Virus record (IMG/VR): IMGVR_UViG_3300035050_000132
Span: 1 to 30,590 of that record
Reading direction: 5' to 3' (one strand)
DNA length: 30,590 nucleotides
From: a virus
Shown here: positions 26,528 through 30,590 of the stretch, in pieces
How the letters are laid out: each line of letters opens with the position of its first letter
Numbering within the stretch: the first letter of the stretch is position 1
Made by a program: the position numbers and the translations under genes
The notes under the pieces: model-generated
Told to the model about the DNA's origin: nothing
The model's input: only the letters and a program-made list of their open reading frames with translations
Database searches by the model: none

Positions 26528-27315
26528 TACAATTTCTTTAAAACCTCCAACTCCTCATCACTAAGAACATCTAATTTAGGTTCTAAAGATCTAAGTACTA
26601 CTATAATATCTCCAGAAGGACCGCCATTTTTACCTTTAGGTCCTTGCCCTTGAAGACGTAATTTCATACCATCTTTAGCAGCTGTTGGTATAATAATACG
26701 TACAGATTTATTATTTACATATTTAATACCTGTACCATTACACGCGGTACACTCATTAACTACACGTCTACCTGTTCCTCTACAAGCAGTGCAAGGTGCT
26801 GCAGTAGACATTTGAACACCCTCACTATTATTTCTACGAACAATCATACCAGAACCTTTACAAACAGAACAAACCTCAAAAGATTCACCACCACGACCAT
26901 TACAAACAGGACAAATATCCTCATAATTTAAAACTACATCTTCTTCACCACCCAAAAGTAACTTTCCAAAAGCAACTGGCGTTTCTAAAACTACAGTTCT
27001 TCCTTGCTGAGGCGCATTTGGATCTTGGCGACGTTTATTTATATTTGAAAAAATATCAAAAGGATTAAAACCTCCAGCAGCGAAAGGGTTCCCACCACCA
27101 AATGGTGAGGGGTTATCATATTCTGCACGTTTTCCATCATCTGATAGAACATCATATGCTTCAGAAATTTCTTTAAACTTCTCTTCCGCTTCAAGATTTC
27201 CAGGATTTTTATCAGGATGATATTTAATAGCTAATTTTCTATAAGCTTTTTTAAGTTCCTGCTTATCAGCATTTTTTTCCACCCCAAGTATACTATAAAA
27301 ATCTTTAGTTGTCAC
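26527..27315 (-). CDS. dnaJ: DnaJ co-chaperone (J domain, G/F linker, four CxxCxGxG repeats, shortened C-terminus)
   Basis: [30 protein letters not shown]; [32 protein letters not shown]; GTG start. Confidence 0.93.
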   Translation of the reverse strand: MTTKDFYSILGVEKNADKQELKKAYRKLAIKYHPDKNPGNLEAEEKFKEISEAYDVLSDDGKRAEYDNPSPFGGGNPFAAGGFNPFDIFSNINKRRQDPNAPQQGRTVVLETPVAFGKLLLGGEEDVVLNYEDICPVCNGRGGESFEVCSVCKGSGMIVRRNNSEGVQMSTAAPCTACRGTGRRVVNECTACNGTGIKYVNNKSVRIIIPTAAKDGMKLRLQGQGPKGKNGGPSGDIIVVLRSLEPKLDVLSDEELEVLKKL

Positions 27316-27457
27316 AACACTCTACCTTCCAAACAAACCCACAATTAGAATCATCACATCTATACACATCTTTTTCACACTCATGTGCACGCTCACCACA
27401 TCTTAAACAGGTGTGTAGAGTATCTTGCATAGTAGTATTTTCATCAGTTCTTTCCAT
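27305..27457 (-). CDS. Small Zn-ribbon protein (50 aa), absent from the ORF track
   Basis: [50 protein letters not shown]; AGGAG RBS; fills the gap and overlaps the dnaJ start. Confidence 0.8.
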   Translation of the reverse strand: MERTDENTTMQDTLHTCLRCGERAHECEKDVYRCDDSNCGFVWKVECCDN

Positions 27458-27466
27458 ATGATTCTC

Positions 27467-27805
27467 CTATTGTTCTACATTTAAAATCTCCAAAACCATT
27501 CCATCAATACTGACAGTTTCATCGTCAAATACAAGACCAAATGGCGAAAAAATCTGATTAGCTTCTAATGAAGGGTACTTTTTTTCAGCTAGAAGTACTT
27601 TAGTGATTGATGGTAAATATATAGTATCATTAGCTAACAAATCAAACTTGCCAGAATCTTTATCGAATATTTCTGGGCCGATTTCATTATAGACACCTCT
27701 ACGTGTAATTGTTATATTTAATGAACCTATTGTTTTAAATCTAGTTTTATTTAAAGGTAACAAACACATAGTTGGCAAACCTACATAAATATTTTCCTGG
27801 GTCAT
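27467..27805 (-). CDS. Hypothetical protein (112 aa)
   Basis: TAATG stop/start overlap with ssb; no motif recognised. Confidence 0.75.
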   Translation of the reverse strand: MTQENIYVGLPTMCLLPLNKTRFKTIGSLNITITRRGVYNEIGPEIFDKDSGKFDLLANDTIYLPSITKVLLAEKKYPSLEANQIFSPFGLVFDDETVSIDGMVLEILNVEQ

Positions 27806-28134
27806 TACATTAAATCCTCATCAGTTGCTGGAGCAAAAGCATCAATTACTACTTCAGTCCAATATTTTTTATCAGCGCCACCACAATGTTTACATTTACC
27901 GTCATAAGAACTTTCCTCGATATGCCCCTGAACTTTAACATAATCTTGTGGATTTACATCTTTCAAAGCCTCAGCAACATCAGCCCAAGCAGCAATCTTA
28001 ATATACTGCTTCTTATCATTAGCCAATGGAATAACCAAACTACCTTTAAAAAGTGGAGTGTTGTACTGTCCTACATTTTTAAAAGTTGGACGTGAAATAG
28101 TTCCTACCAAAATTACAAAATTTTTTCCTAACAT
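27805..28134 (-). CDS. ssb: Single-stranded DNA-binding protein (OB fold) with CxxC insertion
   Basis: NFVILVG.I, YIKIAAW..VAE, V.VQGHIEE.SY, K.YWTEVV; short acidic tail DEDLM. Confidence 0.82.
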   Translation of the reverse strand: MLGKNFVILVGTISRPTFKNVGQYNTPLFKGSLVIPLANDKKQYIKIAAWADVAEALKDVNPQDYVKVQGHIEESSYDGKCKHCGGADKKYWTEVVIDAFAPATDEDLM

Positions 28135-28172
28135 AATATTATTTCCTTTATTCTTTATATATTAATAATCAC

Positions 28173-28193
28173 ACTCACCTCGCGCGGCTGAGC
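28173..28193 (-). promoter_or_regulatory. GC-rich hairpin in the predicted ssb 5' leader
   Basis: Minus strand GCTCA-G-CC-GCGCGA-GG-TGAGT, between promoter copy 5 and the RBS. Confidence 0.45.
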
Positions 28194-28213
28194 TTTTCGT
28201 TATTTACAAATAT

Positions 28214-28241
28214 AATATAACACACATATTTTATTTGTCAA
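28214..28241 (-). promoter_or_regulatory. Sigma70-like promoter, copy 5 of 5 (ssb operon)
   Basis: TTGACA-aataaaatatgtgtgt(16)-TATATT. Confidence 0.8.
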
Positions 28242-28250
28242 GTAAATATT

Positions 28251-29288
28251 TTAAACATAGTTAGACAAGTAGTAATATACCTGTTCTTTAGTTAAATCTG
28301 CTGGATCTAATCCTTTACCATTTTCATCTGTTTCTAATATAAATTCAACATACATTTTTAATTTACCATTCAATAAATTGAATGTTCTACCAATAGCATC
28401 TGCGCCGGCTTCATCATTATCAAAAAACATAACTATCCCAGAGTGTGCAAACGAATACAACAAACTAGCCTGACCAACAGTGATTCCGGCACCCATACAG
28501 GCTACTACATTAGTTATACCATAATCATAGAGACGCCATACACTTTTAAAACCTTCTACTAAAATCAACGGTGAATTACCAGCTGATTCTTTAATACTAT
28601 TTAAATTATATAAAACCTTATCTTTATCAAAATTAGGTGTAAGTATGTATTTTTTACCATCACTAACATTTTTACTAATATCTCTAAGACTATAAGCTAC
28701 CAACCCATTATTAGCATCATATATAGGAATTATGTCTCTAACAGTACCCTCAGCATCCGTATAACCACCAGCTATATTAAAGTAATCCAATGTCTCATTA
28801 CTAAAACCATCATTATTAAAATGATTAGACCTAAATGGTTTATAGTATTTTAAGCGTTGCTCATCTACAACTGATGGTTTACTTCTATTAACCATCGAAT
28901 TATTAATAAAGCTTTCTCGTTCACGTTTACGTCTATAAGCAAACAACTTACCACTGGACACAGAGTCTACACCTACTAAATTTTCCAAATACTCCAATGC
29001 TTCTATAAAACCACAAGAATTTACAGTTCTAACTAATGCAACCATGTCCTTACCATAAGACTCATGGCATTTATGTGTGAAACAAGTCCAAGTCTTAAAA
29101 TCTTTATTAATTCTAAATGCAGTTGCATTATCACCACCATGAATTATGCATGCTGCCCTAGCTTCTTTAGGTGTTTCGTTTGTAATCTTAAATCCAAGAG
29201 CTTCTGCTAGATAGACAGGATCTAATAAATCTTTAACAGCATCTACTCTATCTCTAATAGATCTTTTTTTAGCCAAGCTCGTCTGCAT
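28251..29288 (-). CDS. dnaG: DnaG-type DNA primase
   Basis: Zn finger CIIH...WTCFTHKC, IIPIYD..LVAYSLR, KY, LYNL, Toprim LVEG, VVACMG, FFDNDEAG, DPAD. ATG 29288 has a GGAAGG RBS; the ORF track start is 29303. Confidence 0.9.
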   Translation of the reverse strand: MQTSLAKKRSIRDRVDAVKDLLDPVYLAEALGFKITNETPKEARAACIIHGGDNATAFRINKDFKTWTCFTHKCHESYGKDMVALVRTVNSCGFIEALEYLENLVGVDSVSSGKLFAYRRKRERESFINNSMVNRSKPSVVDEQRLKYYKPFRSNHFNNDGFSNETLDYFNIAGGYTDAEGTVRDIIPIYDANNGLVAYSLRDISKNVSDGKKYILTPNFDKDKVLYNLNSIKESAGNSPLILVEGFKSVWRLYDYGITNVVACMGAGITVGQASLLYSFAHSGIVMFFDNDEAGADAIGRTFNLLNGKLKMYVEFILETDENGKGLDPADLTKEQVYYYLSNYV

Positions 29289-30588
29289 TATAACCTTCCA
29301 CATAAGGATTCAAATCGTCAGAAAACATTTCATCAAGTTCATCGGTATTAGTAGTCTCCATACCAGCTTGCATAAAAAACTGATCACCCGGAGGGACTTC
29401 TCTAATAAGAAGCCTACTCTTAAAGAAAGTATAACCTATTCCCTCTTGTGGCGTAGATCCACCACGACGAGTATCTTTTATAACAAGTTTATACTGTCCA
29501 CCCTCAATACCACACTGTTTTCTCTCTTCCTCAGTTCTATAAGCCCACATAGCCACAATATCACCAAACCTTGCAATTCTATCACTATCAGCAACATCAT
29601 TCTGCTTATTAAGCTGAACCGCAGTTAATGCAGGTATATTTAAAACACCTGATAAATCTTTAAGTTTAGTAGTAATATCACCCAACAACTGATATTCCTT
29701 ACGAGTACCATCTGTCGATGCCAGATCAGGCTCCTTCAGATAATCAAAAACTATCAATCCAATATCTTCTTTTAATTTATACTTCTTACACAAAGCCACC
29801 ACTTTATCTACACTATAATTAGGCATATACTTATGGAATATCTTACCATCATTAGCAATAGTATTTCTTGCCCTCATAATTTTACCATAATCTTCCCTAC
29901 TATAACCACCATGTTTAATATCACGCTCTTTAACACCTGATATTATAGAAAGAGCTCTGGTTTTCCATTCAGTATACGTCATCTCTGTATCTATATAAAG
30001 TACAGGTACATTTTGTTTATAGGCATTGTAGATAGCTATATTGGTTAGAAAAGTACTCTTACCCATCTTCTTACGAGCACCAATAATCATAAGAGTACCA
30101 GGAATCATACCATCTATCTGTCTATCAAGTATGGGAAATCCAGTAGATAAACCAGTCATAGCTACATGTTCATCTTTACGTTCAGCTATATAGTCATCTA
30201 ATGTCTCACCAAATAAAATAGGCTCATCATTTATAGACGCTCTAGTAGACATATCTAACATGTTAGTTTCTACTTGATTTATAATCTCAGCACTAGTTTT
30301 ACCTGATTGACTATTATTTTCAACAGTTTTTGTATGACCACTTAAAGCAAGGTACAATTTATATTTAGTACTAGCTTCAATAATTTGTTCCACGTAAATA
30401 CTAAAGTTTTCTGATGAAGCTTCTATATTAAAAATTGACTGTATATAAGAAATACCCCCTACTAAATCAATAACACCATCACTTTGTATTTGATTTATAA
30501 ACAAAGTCATATCAATTTTAGGCACACCTTTAGTAACTAAATTACCTATCATAGCATAAATCAGTTGATGTTCTTCTACTAAAAAGTC
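29269..30588 (-). CDS. dnaB: DnaB-like replicative helicase, 5'-partial
   Basis: GLSTGF..LD..I.G, Walker A GARKKMGKST, DTEM, Walker B IVFDYL, QLN, KDTRRG. The frame stays open to the window edge (DFLVEEHQLIYAMIG...). Confidence 0.93.
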   Translation of the reverse strand, partial: DFLVEEHQLIYAMIGNLVTKGVPKIDMTLFINQIQSDGVIDLVGGISYIQSIFNIEASSENFSIYVEQIIEASTKYKLYLALSGHTKTVENNSQSGKTSAEIINQVETNMLDMSTRASINDEPILFGETLDDYIAERKDEHVAMTGLSTGFPILDRQIDGMIPGTLMIIGARKKMGKSTFLTNIAIYNAYKQNVPVLYIDTEMTYTEWKTRALSIISGVKERDIKHGGYSREDYGKIMRARNTIANDGKIFHKYMPNYSVDKVVALCKKYKLKEDIGLIVFDYLKEPDLASTDGTRKEYQLLGDITTKLKDLSGVLNIPALTAVQLNKQNDVADSDRIARFGDIVAMWAYRTEEERKQCGIEGGQYKLVIKDTRRGGSTPQEGIGYTFFKSRLLIREVPPGDQFFMQAGMETTNTDELDEMFSDDLNPYVEGYNADELG

Positions 30589-30590
30589 AG

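Larger units (their letters stand above)
1..30590 (-). mobile_element. Segment of a large dsDNA bacteriophage genome (replication, nucleotide metabolism and glycosylation region)
   Basis: Single-strand, tightly packed genes. Helicase, primase, SSB, RuvC, PolA without 5'-3' exonuclease, DnaX, dUTPase and NrdDG are clustered with free-standing HNH genes, an intein and many small orphans. This arrangement is not bacterial chromosomal synteny. No capsid or terminase genes in the window. Confidence 0.85.

Noticed and set aside
2315-29628. All plus-strand ORFs in the track (2315, 7781, 13895, 15498, 17923, 18377, 19698, 23312, 26079, 27886, 29368)
   Set aside because: Short antisense shadows of well-supported minus-strand genes, with no recognisable motifs.

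Overview
AT-rich, gene-dense window with every credible gene on the minus strand. It is most consistent with the replication and nucleotide-metabolism region of a large dsDNA phage, probably with an anaerobic host because the RNR is class III. No structural genes are visible, so the phage call is an inference. In transcription order (right to left): DnaB helicase (5'-partial), DnaG primase, SSB, hypothetical, small Zn-ribbon protein, DnaJ, RuvC, hypothetical, PD-(D/E)XK Fe-S nuclease and HNH endonuclease. Next comes a ~14 kb all-soluble glycosylation island with 8 glycosyltransferase-like genes (one GT13/GnT-I-like), a three-enzyme UDP-6-deoxy-L-HexNAc pathway whose reductase carries a LAGLIDADG intein, a methyltransferase, a sulfotransferase and a doubly inactivated plcP/agt-like pair. 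It is followed by a degenerate KdsC-like HAD protein, DnaX, a family A DNA polymerase, a second HNH, a Hef/Mom-like protein, dUTPase, NrdD, NrdG and small hypotheticals. Five intergenic gaps carry the same CTTGACA-N16-TAT(A/C)TT promoter. All family calls come from motif recognition by eye; no searches were run.
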